Assembly (NCBI RefSeq): GCF_963921235.1
Contig: NC_086097.1
Coordinates: forward strand, 7,502,001 to 7,566,000
Origin: Mobula hypostoma
Taxonomy: Eukaryota
DNA: 64,000 bases
Direction: 5' to 3'
Part shown: positions 37,294 to 48,604 of the stretch, one piece after another
How the letters are laid out: every line of letters starts with the position of its first letter
Position numbering within the stretch: the stretch's first letter is position 1
The notes under the pieces: model-generated
What the model saw: the letters and a program-made list of their open reading frames with translations, nothing else
Databases searched by the model: none
Told to the model about the DNA's origin: nothing
Translations under genes and position numbers: made by a program

Positions 37294-38149
37294 AACATAG
37301 ACTCGTCCTTTAGTCTTATAGTTTTTATATTCTGTGTTTTCTCACCTGATCTTCCTGGGTTTTTATGTGCGGGGAGGGGTATTTGGGGATCAATGTACCT
37401 GATCAGTTTTATTCATTTTTTAGTTGGGGAGGAGGGACCTGGGATCCATTTTGTTTTTGCTTTGTGCAGGAAGAGGGATTTGGGGTTCGATGTGTCTGAT
37501 TTTCTTTTTGGTTTTTTTTTGTGTGAGAGGAGGAATTTGGGAGTTGATGTGCCTATTCCATTTTTGTTTTTTTTGTGGGGATGTGGGATTTGGGGGGGTG
37601 TTGATGATCGTGCTGCCTTTCTTTTCTTTCCTGGTTTCATGGCTACCAGGAGAATTGAAGAGTTTCAGAGTTGAATTCTTTGATAACAAGTGAACCATTG
37701 AACCAATACATTCTTAATTTATCAAATATTTTCCAATCAGCAGAAACAGCTACATGTCAATGATCCATTTATGGGTTTTTGAAGCTCTTTGAACTTCTTA
37801 CATTGTGACATTGGCATTCTGCCCATTTCTCGATATGAGGATGGATGTCTATTATCTGTTAGTATATCTTATGTTGTTTCTTCCAGGTTCCATTTAATCA
37901 AATTCATCATCAAAATCATAATCACATAACTCTTTGATATTCTGTTACATTCTCATCATGGATTTAAGTGATTTAAATGAGCACATCTGGGTTTATCTCC
38001 TGGATTCATGGGGTATTTCTGTATCAAACAAGATTTCAACGTTACCTTTCCGAATGTCCGATTTTCGAAAATCATGTCTTTCATATCAACTCAGCTATTA
38101 TTGTTATTCAAGTTCAAGTTTAATTATCATTCAAACATAATTGTTATTC

Positions 38150-38512
38150 ACTGCCAAGAGGATCATAGGGGTCTTCCTACCATCCACTGGGGACACTTAT
38201 CAGGAGCGCTGCATATGCAGGGCCGTTAATATTACAAGGATCCCACCCATCTGTCCAGCATCCGCTTTGTCTCTCTACCATCAGGCAACAGACTCCAATG
38301 CATAAAGACAAGAGTGGTCAGGACGGGAAACAGCTTCTCCCCTCAGGCTTCGTAACTCCCTGCCGCATTGCATTCAAAGTGTCAATGGATAATCTGAACC
38401 GAACAAAACAATATTTAATTTTTGCACTTTACTTTGTTTATCTAAGCGCAATTCATTTTAGATTTAATTCTTACTTTCCTATTCTGTGTTATGTTTACTA
38501 CAGTGCTTTACA
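38150..38512 (+). mobile_element. Rex1/Babar-like 3' end
   Basis: Matches 43055..43470. Confidence 0.7.
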
Positions 38513-40414
38513 CCTTCGTCTGGAGAAATGTTTTTTTAAAATTTAGCAATATGTCTGAATTCTCTCATAGTATCCTTGATAGTTCATCAGCAAAAGCATT
38601 TAGTTTTGAGTTTTTATATTTAATTATACACTCATGCTGCAATATATCAACATTACATGCTCAACAATATACCTACTGCACCTATTTTCAGCATTGTTGA
38701 CTCAGGACCTTGAATTCTTAATAATGGCTCTTTCTCAAGTTTTTTTTTCAATCTTTGTCAATGTATATGATACAAATGTTATTGCTTACGTGGCCCCTCA
38801 CCCATTACCAAACTCCTGGCTTCATACTTCAAACTATCACGTGCAAGCTTTAATAACTTTTTTGAACCCTACTGAATTAACAAGGACTCACATCTTAGAC
38901 ACTTCTGTGGGCAGCTGTTATAAGAATAACAATCTAAATCGATGATCGAGATTTTAAAGGCAGAGTTTCGCTGCAGTTTTTCTGAGTTGAGGAGTGACCA
39001 ATCAGTGAGAGGGATTCATTAGAAAGGCCCACTAGAAATAATTCAAAGACAAGTTTTGGGGTGTACCAGTCTTTAGAGTGTCTCTGGCTCATCGAGCTCC
39101 AGTGAGGTAGATTGTCTTGTAAGTTACTCTCTCTTTCTGTACCTAATTATTCATTCCTCATCCATTAGTGCAGAGTACCATGAGACTGGCTCCAGGAGCA
39201 GTGTTTTGTACTGTGTGTGGGATATCTCACAGATAAACACATCTGCACCAGGTGCGCTGAGCTGCAGCTCCTGGGAGAATGTATTAAGGAACCGGAGCAG
39301 CAGGTCGATAACCTTCGACTATGCAGATACAGAATATGTGGGGGTGATAGACAGGAACTACAGGGAGGTAGTCACCCCTGGGCTGCAGGAGACAGGTAAC
39401 TGGGTGACTGTCAGGAGAAGGAGGGGAAATGAACAGCCAGTGCAGAGTAAAACTGTGGCAGTTCCCCTCAATAATAGAGACAACCGGATGGTATGTTGCC
39501 TCCCTGGTGCCAGGATCAGGGATGTCTCAAATTGCATCGATGGCATTCTCAACGGCAAGGGTGAGCAGTCTTGATACATATTGTCATTAATGCCAAAAGT
39601 CATGACAAGAGATTTTAATGAGCTGGGTGGAAAGCTGAGAAACGGGATCCCCATGGTAGTATTCTCGGATTGCTGCTAGTGCCACGTGCCATTGACGGTG
39701 GGAATGGGATGATTTGGCAGGTGATGTGTTGCTGAGGAACTGGTGCAAGAGGCAGGGGTTCAGGTTTATGGATTATTGAGATCTCTTCTGGGGAAGGTAT
39801 GACCTATACAAAAGGATTGAGTTACAACTGAACCCGAGGGGGGCCAATAATCTTGCAGGCTGATTGGCTAAAGTTGTTTGGGTGGTTAAAACTAATCTGG
39901 CAAGGTATGGGAGTGATTGTGCTGAAGATGAGGTAGTTGGGTTACAAAAAGAGGTAATGTGTAGTGAGCCTCCTAGCACGGAGAAGCTGATGATTAGGGA
40001 AAATTACAGATAACAAGATGAAGTCCAATGTAAAGAGTGGACAAAATTGAGAAGGGTGAATACAGGACTAAAGGTTTTATATTTGAATGCGCGCAGCATA
40101 CAGAGTAAAGTAGATGAACTTGTAGCACAGTTGCAGATTGGCATATATGATATTGTAGGCATCACTGATTCATGGCTGAAAGAAGATTGTAGCTGGGAGC
40201 TTAATGTCCAAGTATACACATTGTATTGAAAGGACAGGCAGGAAGGCAGAGGGTGTAGCATGGCTCTGTTGGTAGAGAATGAAATTAAACGATTAGAAAG
40301 AGGTGGAGTGTGGTCAGAAGGTGTTGAATCATTGTGGATACAGCTAAGGAACTGCAAGGGTAAAAAGATCCTGATGAAGTTACAGTCAGCCCCTCACACA
40401 TTAGTAAAGATGTT

Positions 40415-40763
40415 TAAAAATGCGAACACAAGAAAATCTGCAGATGCTGGAATTTCAAGCAACACACACGAAAGTTGCTGGTGAACACAGCAGGCAGCAT
40501 CTCTAGGAAGAGGTACAGTCGACGTTTCAGGCCGAGACCCTTCGTCAGGACTGACTGAAAGAAGAGTAGTAAGAGATTTGAAAGTGGGAGGGGGAGGGGG
40601 AGATCCAAAATGATAGGAGAAGACAGGAGGCGGAGGAATGGAGCCAAGAGCTGGACAGTTGATTGGCAAAAGGGATATGAGAGGATCATGGGACAGGAGG
40701 CCTCTTCCTAGAGATGCTGCCTGGCCTGCTGGCATTCACCAGAAACCTTTGTATGTGTTGTTC
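40415..40763 (-). mobile_element. PLE pLTR-only insertion with inverted end and 11-bp TSD
   Basis: Near-identical to the reverse complement of about 2925..3175; TSD gtaaagatgtt at 40404..40414 and 40764..40774. Confidence 0.85.
40516..40553 (-). ncRNA. Minimal type I hammerhead ribozyme motif in PLE pLTR
   Basis: CAGUC-CUGACGA-AGGGUCUCGGCCU-GAAACGUC-GACUG, with a perfect 5-bp stem I. Confidence 0.78.
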
Positions 40764-42849
40764 GTAAAGATGTTGTCTACAAGTTACAATGGGAGATAGC
40801 AAATGTCATCCAGAAGGACAATGTTACAATAGTTGTGGGGCATTTCAATAAACAGGTAGATCGAGAAAATCAGGCTGGAGTTCCTCCAGTATTTTGTGTG
40901 TGTTGCAGGACATCAGCTATTCTGGATTGGGTGTTGTGCGATGAACCGGAATTGATTACAGAGCTTAAGGTAAAAGAACACTTAAGGAAAGTGATCGAAT
41001 TCACCCTGAAATTTGAGAAGTGAATTGTTAAAGTCAGATGTATCAGTATAACAGTGAAGTAAAGGAAATTACAGTGGTATAAGAGAGGGGTTGGCCAGAG
41101 TTGACTGAAAAAAATACTGGCAAGGATGACACCAAAGCAACAGTGACTGGATGTTGAAAGAACAAGATAGGGTGGATGTGGCGAGGATGTTTCCTATGGT
41201 GGAGGTATCCAGAACTAGAGGGCACAGCCTTAAAATTGAGGGTTGACCTTTCAGAACAGAGGTAAAGAGGATTTTTTTAAATCCAAAAAGTAATGAATGT
41301 CTGGAATGTTCTACCACAGACTGCGATGGAGGCCAAGTTTGTGGGAATATTTAAAGCAGAATTTGATAGATTCCTGATCAGTCAGGGCACCAAAGAACAT
41401 GGTGAGAAGACGTGTATGGGATTGAGTTGGATCCGAGATCAGCCATGATGGAATGCTGGGGCCGACTCGGTGAGCTGACTGGCCAAGTTCTGCTCCTATA
41501 TCTTATGGTCTTATGAAATTTCTTGAATCAATTTGGAAGGCACAAATTATACACATCCCAAAGAGGAAGAAGTATTCCAAAGGCAGGATGGCAGAACCAT
41601 GGCTAACAAGGGAAGTCAAAGCCAACATAAAAGCCAAAGAGAGGGCATTTAATAGAGCAAAAATCAGTGGCATGTTATAGGATTGGGAAGCTTTTAAATA
41701 CCGCAGAAGACAACTAAGAAAGTCATTAAGAAGGTAAAGAGGAATACAAAAGTAATCTATCCAATAATATTAAAGAAGACACCAAATGTTTCTTCAGATA
41801 CATAAAGTGTAAAAGAGAGGCAGGAGTATTGGACTGCTGGAAAATGATTCTGCAGAGGAATTAATGGGGGACAAGGCAATGGCAAACAAACGGAATAATA
41901 TTTTGCATCAGTCTTCACTGTGGAAAACACTCACAGAATGGTGGGATTTTCAGGTGACAGGGGTCATGAAGTGAATGAAGTTATCATCAGGGAGAGGTTT
42001 CTTGGGAAACTGAAAGGTCTGAAGTTAGATAAGTCACCTGGACTAGATGGTGTAAACTCTAGGGCTCCAAAAGTGGTGGCTGAAGAGATTGTGAAGGATT
42101 TGGAATGATCTCTCAGGAATCACTAGATTCTGGAATGGTTCTGGAAGACTGGAAAATTGCAAATGTGTCTCTACTTTTCAAGAAGGGAAAGTGGTAGAAG
42201 AAAGGAAATTATAGGCCAGTTAGTCTGACTCAGTGGTTGAGAAAACGTTGGAGTCAATTATTCAGGATAAGGTCCCAGAGTACTTGGAGGTACATGATAA
42301 AATAGGCCGTAGTCAGTATGGTTTCGTCAAGGGAAAATCTTGCCTGGCTAATCTATTTGAATTCTTTGGAGAAGTACTGAGCAAGATAGACAAAGATGAA
42401 TTTGTTGATTTGTAGATGCTGTGTACTTGGATTTTCAGAAGGCCTTTGACAAGACGCCACATATGAAACTGCTTAACAAGCTATGAGCTCATGTTACAGA
42501 TAAAAGATCTAGCATGGATAAAGATTTTTGGTATTACAGGAAAGATTCTGGCATGGATAAAGCAGTGGCTGATTGGCAGGAGGCAAAAAGTTTGAATAAA
42601 GGGAATTTTTTCTGGTTGGCTGTGGGTGACTTGTGATGTTCCACAGGGGTCTGTGTTGGGACCAACTCTTTTTACATTATTTATCAATTATTTGGATTTT
42701 TTAATTGAAGGTTTTTTTGCTCAGTTTACAAATGATATGGAGATAGGTGGAGGGGCGTGTAGTTTTGAGGAAGTAGAGAGGCTACAGAAGGACTTCGAGA
42801 GTTTAGGAGAATGGGCAAAGAAATGGCAGATGGAATACAAAACAGATGG

Positions 42850-43525
42850 CCCACCTTGAATAAGAAGTCATAGAAGTGCCTCCACTTCCTTTGGAGATTA
42901 AGGCAAGTGAAGTTCCTCCAACACCACCCCGCCCCCCCATCTTAACTGAATTTCACAGGAGCAGCATTGAAAGTGTTCTGACAAGCTGCATCTCCATCTG
43001 ATCGTGGGAGCAGCAATGCATCGGACAAGAGGTCCCTACAAAAGACTGTGATAAAAGCCGAGAGGATCATAGGGGTCTGCCAACCATTCATTGGGACATT
43101 TATCAGGAGCGCTGCATACGCAGGGCCCTTAGTATTATCAAGGATCCCACCCATCCATCCAGCATTGTCTTTGACTTTCTACCATCAGGCAGGAGAGGTT
43201 AACACATAAAGACAAAAACAGTCAGGATGAGAAACAGTTTCTTCCATCAGGCCATCAGGTTTCTGAATGCCCTGCCACATCGCATTTGAAGTGTCACTGG
43301 TTAGTCTGTTCTTACCTGACAATATTTAATTTATGCACTTTACTTTGTTTATTTATATATTATTAATTTTTAGATTTAGTTCTTACTTTCCTAAATTATT
43401 GTGTGTTATATGTGTATTATGTGTACTACTGGCTTTACACCCTGGTCTAGAGAAACATTATCTTGTTTAACGGGATGCATGCATATAGATAAATGACGAT
43501 AAACTTGAATTGATTTGGCTTGACT
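42850..43525 (+). mobile_element. Rex1/Babar-like 3' region
   Basis: IIKDPTHPS..FDFLPSGRR remnant; homologous to 51660..52340. Confidence 0.75.
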
Positions 43526-43628
43526 TCTAACAAAAGCCAGAAACCTTTTTTTGATTATTTGTTTCAATTCAACCTGTTGCCTTTCTTTAGCAAGTGATGC
43601 GATAGTACATGAGTCCTGTCAGAACATA

Positions 43629-44172
43629 CACTCAGTGGCCAATTTGTTGGGTAATTCCTGTATCAAATAAAGCACCACTGAGAGTGTGTTTGAGGTCTTC
43701 TGCTGCTGTACTCCATCCACTTCATGGTTCAATATGTTATGCATTCAGAAATGCTCCTGCACAGCACTGTTGTAACACTTGATTATTTGAATTACTGTCA
43801 CCTTCCTGTCAACTTGAGCCATTCTCCTCTGACCTCTTTTCATTTTCATCCACAGAAATGTCACTCACAGGATTTTATTACTTTTGTTTCTTGTATCATT
43901 CTTCATAACCTCTAGAAATTGTGCATGAAAATATCAGGAAGATTAGCAGTTTTTCAGACTCAAGCCAACCCATCTGGCACCAACTATCATTCCACGGTCC
44001 AACTCACTTAGATCACCTTTCCACACCATTCTGATATTTGGACTGAACAACAACAGAACTAAACCATGTCTGTCTGCTTTAGTAAACTGAATTGCTGCCA
44101 CATGATAAGCTGATTAGATATTTGCATTAACAATCAGTTGTACTGGTGTGCCTAATAAAGTGGCCAGTGGTG
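43629..44172. mobile_element. Non-autonomous Tc1/mariner element
   Basis: ta|cactcagtggccaatttgttgggta ... ggtgtgcctaataaagtggccagtggtg inverted termini; no transposase ORF. Confidence 0.7.
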
Positions 44173-44369
44173 TGTGTCAATAGTTTTACTGAGAACTGTA
44201 ACTGCATGAATGTACCTCCATTCACCAATGTTTTAGGTTTCCTTGCCTTCATAATTACTTCTATTTTTCCTTACAAACCTCTGGTGCCTATGTTTAGCCC
44301 AAGATCAACTACTTCCCGTTCAATGCACACTTGCCTATTTTAGATTTATCATCGTACTTCTTTGCTCCT

Positions 44370-44953
44370 TAGTAAGCAGATAATGCTGAGCCTTTAAAAG
44401 ACACTAGTCAGACCGCACATGGAGTATTGTCAATGGTTTTTAGCTCCATATCTCTGAAAGAATGTGTTGTCATTAGAGAGAACCCAGAAGAGATTCACGA
44501 GGATGATTCCAGGAATGAAGGGGTTAACGTATGAGCAGTGTTTGGCAGCTTTGGGCCTGTCCTCATTGGAATTTAGAAGAATACAGGATCGATATCATTA
44601 AAACTGACTGAATATTGAAAGGACTAGATAGGGTGGATGAGGAGAGGATGTTTCCTATGGTGGGGGTATCCAGAACTAGAGGGCACAGCCACAAAATTGA
44701 GGGGTGACCTTTTAGAACAGAGGTAAGGAGGAATTTTTTTTTGGCCAGAGAGTAGTAAATCTGTGGAATGCTCTGCCACAGACTGCAGTGGAGACCAAGT
44801 CATGCATATATTTAAAGTGGAAGTCAATCATTTCCTGATCGGTCAGCACATCAAAGGCAGGTGTATGGGGCTGAGTGGGATCATGGTGGAATGGTGGAGC
44901 ATATTCATTGGGATGAATGGCCTGATTCTGCTGCTATGTCTTATGGTCTTATG
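44370..44953 (+). mobile_element. CR1 LINE, 3' end (possibly the continuation of 38945..42840)
   Basis: IMLSL..TLVRPHMEYC remnant and (cttatggt)n tail. Confidence 0.85.
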
Positions 44954-45215
44954 GTGCTCAATTAATACTTGTAGTATTCAAAGATTTTCTTTAAATGGTG
45001 AAAAATTGCAGTGTGCTTGTTCTTGCAGAGACATGGCTCCAGGACATCCCATGTACAATCTGGCTGATTTGTGCCACAACAACAACTTCTTATTCAACGT
45101 CAGCAAGACCAAGGAGCTGAATATTATCTTCTTGAGGAGGAAACCAGAGGTCCACAAGTCAGTTCATACTGGGAGATCAGAAGTGAAAAGGGTCAGCAAC
45201 TTTAAATTCCTCGGT

Positions 45216-45721
45216 GTTTTTTTTTACTTTATTGTCGCCAAACAATTGATACTAGAGCGTACAATCATCACAGCGATATTTGATTCCGCGCCTCGTGCTC
45301 CCTTGAGAACAAATCAACAAAAAATATTAAAAATTTAAATTATAAATCATAAATAGAAAATAGAAAAGGGAAAGTAAGGTAGTGCAAAAAAAAAACCGAG
45401 AGGCAGGTCCGGATATTTGGAGGCTACGGCCCAGATCCAGATCAGGATCCGTTCAGCAGTCTTATCACAATTGGAAAGAAGCTGTTTCCAAATCTGGCCG
45501 TACGAGTCTTCAAGCTCCTGAGCCTTCTCCCGGAGGGAAGAGGGACGAAAATCGTGTTGGCTGGGTGGGTCGTGTCCTTGATTATCCTGGCAGCACTGCT
45601 CTGACAGCATGGGGTGTAAAGTGAGTCCAAGGACGTAAGATTGGTTTGTGTGATGTGCTGGGCCATGTTCACGATCTTCTGAAGCTTCTTCCAGTCTTGG
45701 ACAGGACAACTTCCATACCAT
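45216..45721 (-). mobile_element. Younger Rex1/Babar-like 3' end, nested
   Basis: ORF 45442..45735 (WYGSC..IIKDTTHPA..LPSGRRLRSLKTRTARFGNSFFP). Confidence 0.85.
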
Positions 45722-46109
45722 ATTTCAGAGGACATGCCCTGGGCTCAGCATGTAAGTGCAATTACGAAGAAAGTATGACAGTGCTCCGATTTCCTTAGGA
45801 GTTTGTGAAGACTTAGCTTGACATCAACATCCTTGACAAACTTCTATAGATGTGTGGTGGAGAGTATACTGACTGGCTACATCACAGTCTGGTATGGAGA
45901 CACCAATGCCCTTGAATGGAAAATCCTACAAAGTGTATTGGATATGGTCCAGTCCATCCTGGACAAAGCCCTCCCCACCACATGAAGTCTTGTCATATGA
46001 AAGCAGCATCCATAGTCAGAGACTCCCACCAACCAGGTCATGCTCTCTTCTCACTACAGCCATCAGGAAAAAATGGTACTGGAGCCTCAGTACTCACACC
46101 GCCAAGTTC

Positions 46110-46425
46110 ATATCATATATAGGCATCCGTTAGTCTCGTGAGACCATGGATTTGTGCCTTGGAACGTTTCCAGGGCGCAGGCCTGGGCAAGGTTCTATGG
46201 AAGACCAGCAGTTGTCTATGCTGCAAGTCTCCCCTCTCCACGCCGCCGATGTTGTCCAAGGGAAGGGCACTAAGGCCAAAACAGCTTGGCACCGGTGTCA
46301 TCACAGAGCAATGTGTGGTTATGTGCCTTGCTCAAGGACACAACATGTGCTGCCTTAGCTGAGGCTCGAAGCAGTGACCTTCAGATCACTAGACCGATGA
46401 CTTAACCACTTGGACACGCGCCAAC
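46110..46425 (-). mobile_element. tRNA-derived SINE (family C)
   Basis: Minus-strand head tgtccaagtggttaag..ttcgagcc, central gtgtccttgagcaaggcac; matches 56262..56580. Confidence 0.8.
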
Positions 46426-46907
46426 AGTTATTACCCCTCAACCATCAGGCCATTGAACCAAAAGGAATAACTTTGATAAACTTCACTTGCCTGTCACTGA
46501 AATGGTCCCACAAACTATGGACTCACTTTCAAGGACTCTTCATCTCTTGCTCTTGATATTGATTGCTTACGTATTTGTTATTATTATTTCTTTCTTTTTT
46601 GTATTTGAAGACCTTTGTCTTTTGCATACTGGTTGAACACCCAAGTTGGTACAGTCTTTCAATAGTTCTATTATGGTTATTTTTCTGTTAGTCAGGTTAA
46701 ATGCTTTATTGTAATTTAACTATAAATATATATATAAAACATGTATATCCATACAATATATATGGAAACAAGACAACTTTTCTCTGAACCAGGGTGTAAT
46801 GCACAGTAGTACACAGAACACACATAACATACGATAACCTATGAAGGTAAGGATCAAATCTACAAATGAATCACACATAAATAACAAATTGAAGTGCACT
46901 AATATTA

Positions 46908-47346
46908 AGCAACACACACAAAAGGCGGGAGGAACTTAGCAGGCCAGGCAGCATCTATGGAAAACACTATAGTCGATGTTTCGGGCCCAGACCCTTCATT
47001 AGGACAGGAGAAAAAGAAGATGAGGACTCGGAGTTAAAAGGTGGGAGAGGGGAGGAACAAACACAAGGTGATGGGTAAAACTGGAAGGGGGAGAGGAGAA
47101 GTAAAGAGCTGGGAAGTTGATTGGTGAAAGACATACAGGGCTGGAGAAGGGGGAGTCTGATAGCAGAGGACAGAAGGACATGAAAGAAAGAAAAGGGGGA
47201 GGAGAACCAGGGAAGGCAATGGGCAGGAAAGGATAGAAGGTGAGAGAGAGAAAATGGAATGGGGAATGGTGAAGGTGGTATAGTCCAGGTAGCTGTGAGA
47301 GTCAGTGGATTTATAAAAGACATCCGCAGATAAACTATCTCCAGAA
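46908..47346 (-). mobile_element. Penelope-like element, inverted and internally deleted part
   Basis: DVFYKSTDSHSYLDYT joined to a pLTR with a hammerhead-like copy at 46970..47006. Confidence 0.78.
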
Positions 47347-47348
47347 CC

Positions 47349-48597
47349 CATTGACTCTCACTGCTAACTGGACTGTAACTCTTCCTACTATGTTACTTGT
47401 AAAAATGCCATCCACTACTCTCAATTCCTCCGTCTCTGGCGTATCTGTTCTCAGAATGAGATTTTCCATTTCAGAAGGAAGGAGATGTCCTTCTTCTTCA
47501 AAGGAAGGTGCTTCCCTTCCTCCGCCCTTCTCCACATCTCTTCCGTATCACACACGTCTGCCCTCACCCCATTCTCCCGCCACACCACCAGGAATAGAGG
47601 TCCTCTTGCCCTCACCTACCAGCCTACCAGTCTCCATATTCAGCAAATAATCCTCCGTAACTTCTGCCATCTCCTACAGGATCCCACCGGCAAGCACATC
47701 TTTTCCTCCACCCCACTTTCTGCATTTCGCAGGGATCACTCTCTGCGTGACTCCGTTGTCCATTCATCTCTCCCCACTGATCTCCCTCCTGGCACTTACA
47801 CTTGCAAGCGGAACAAGTGCTACTTGCCCATACACTTCCTCCCTCATGGCCTTTCAGGGCCCAAACAGTCCTTCCAGGTGAGGTAACACTTCGCCTATGA
47901 GTCTGTTGGGGTCATCTGCTGTATTTGGTGCCCCCGGTGTGGCCTGCTGTATATCGGTAAGACCCGATGTAGATTGGGAATCAGCTTCACTGAGCACCTA
48001 CGCTCTATCCACCATAAAAGTCGTGATCTCCCAGTGGCCATTGGTTTTATTTCCATTTCCCATTCCCATTCCGAAATGTCAGTCCATGGCCTCCTCCACT
48101 GTCATGATGAGGCCACTCACAGGATGGAAGGACAACACCAGTCTTCCACCTGAGTAGCCTCCAGCCTGATGGCATGAACATCGATTTTACAAACTTCCAG
48201 GTAATGCCCCCCTTCACCATTTCCCATTCCCCTTTCCCTCTCTCTCCTTATCCCCTTACATGCCCATCTCCTCCCCCTTTTCTTTCTTCCATGGCCTTCT
48301 GTCTTCTGCTATCAGATTTCCCCTCTTCAGCCCTGTATCCCTCTCACCTATCAACTTCCCAGCTCTTTACTTCACCCCTCCCCCTTCCCGGTTTCACTTA
48401 CCACCTTGAGTTTCTTCCTCCCCTCCCCCCATCTTCTAACTCTGACTCCTCATTCTTTCCTCCCGTCCCGATGAAGGGTCTCATCCCGAAACATCAACCA
48501 TACTCTTTTCCAAAGATGCTGCCTGGCCTGCTGAGTTCCTCCAGCATTTTGTGTGTGTTGCTTGGATTTCCGGCATCTGCAGATTCTCTCATGTTTT
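47349..48597 (+). mobile_element. Penelope-like element: RT thumb, Cys linker, GIY-YIG, pLTR
   Basis: ORF 47485..47886 (LSAFRRDHSLRDSVVHS, GTYTCKRNKC), then VICCIWCPRCGLLYIGKTRCRLG..EHL; frameshifted. Confidence 0.85.
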
Positions 48598-48604
48598 CCA
48601 TATA

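Larger units (their letters stand above)
38945..42840 (+). mobile_element. Near full-length decayed CR1 LINE: 5' UTR, ORF1 (Zn finger plus SGNH esterase), ORF2 (APE plus RT)
   Basis: HICTRCAELQLL (39217), MVCCLPGARIRDVS (39488), LKVLYLNARSI..DIVGITDSW (40047), KSPGLDG (41920), VPQGSVLGP (42626); many stops; nested inserts at 40415..40763 and about 41150..41514. Confidence 0.92.
45055..46690 (+). mobile_element. Rex1/Babar-like RT C-terminus to 3' end, interrupted twice
   Basis: FNVSKTKELNIIF..NFKFLGV in ORF 44763..45338; resumes at about 45722 and 46426. Confidence 0.8.
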
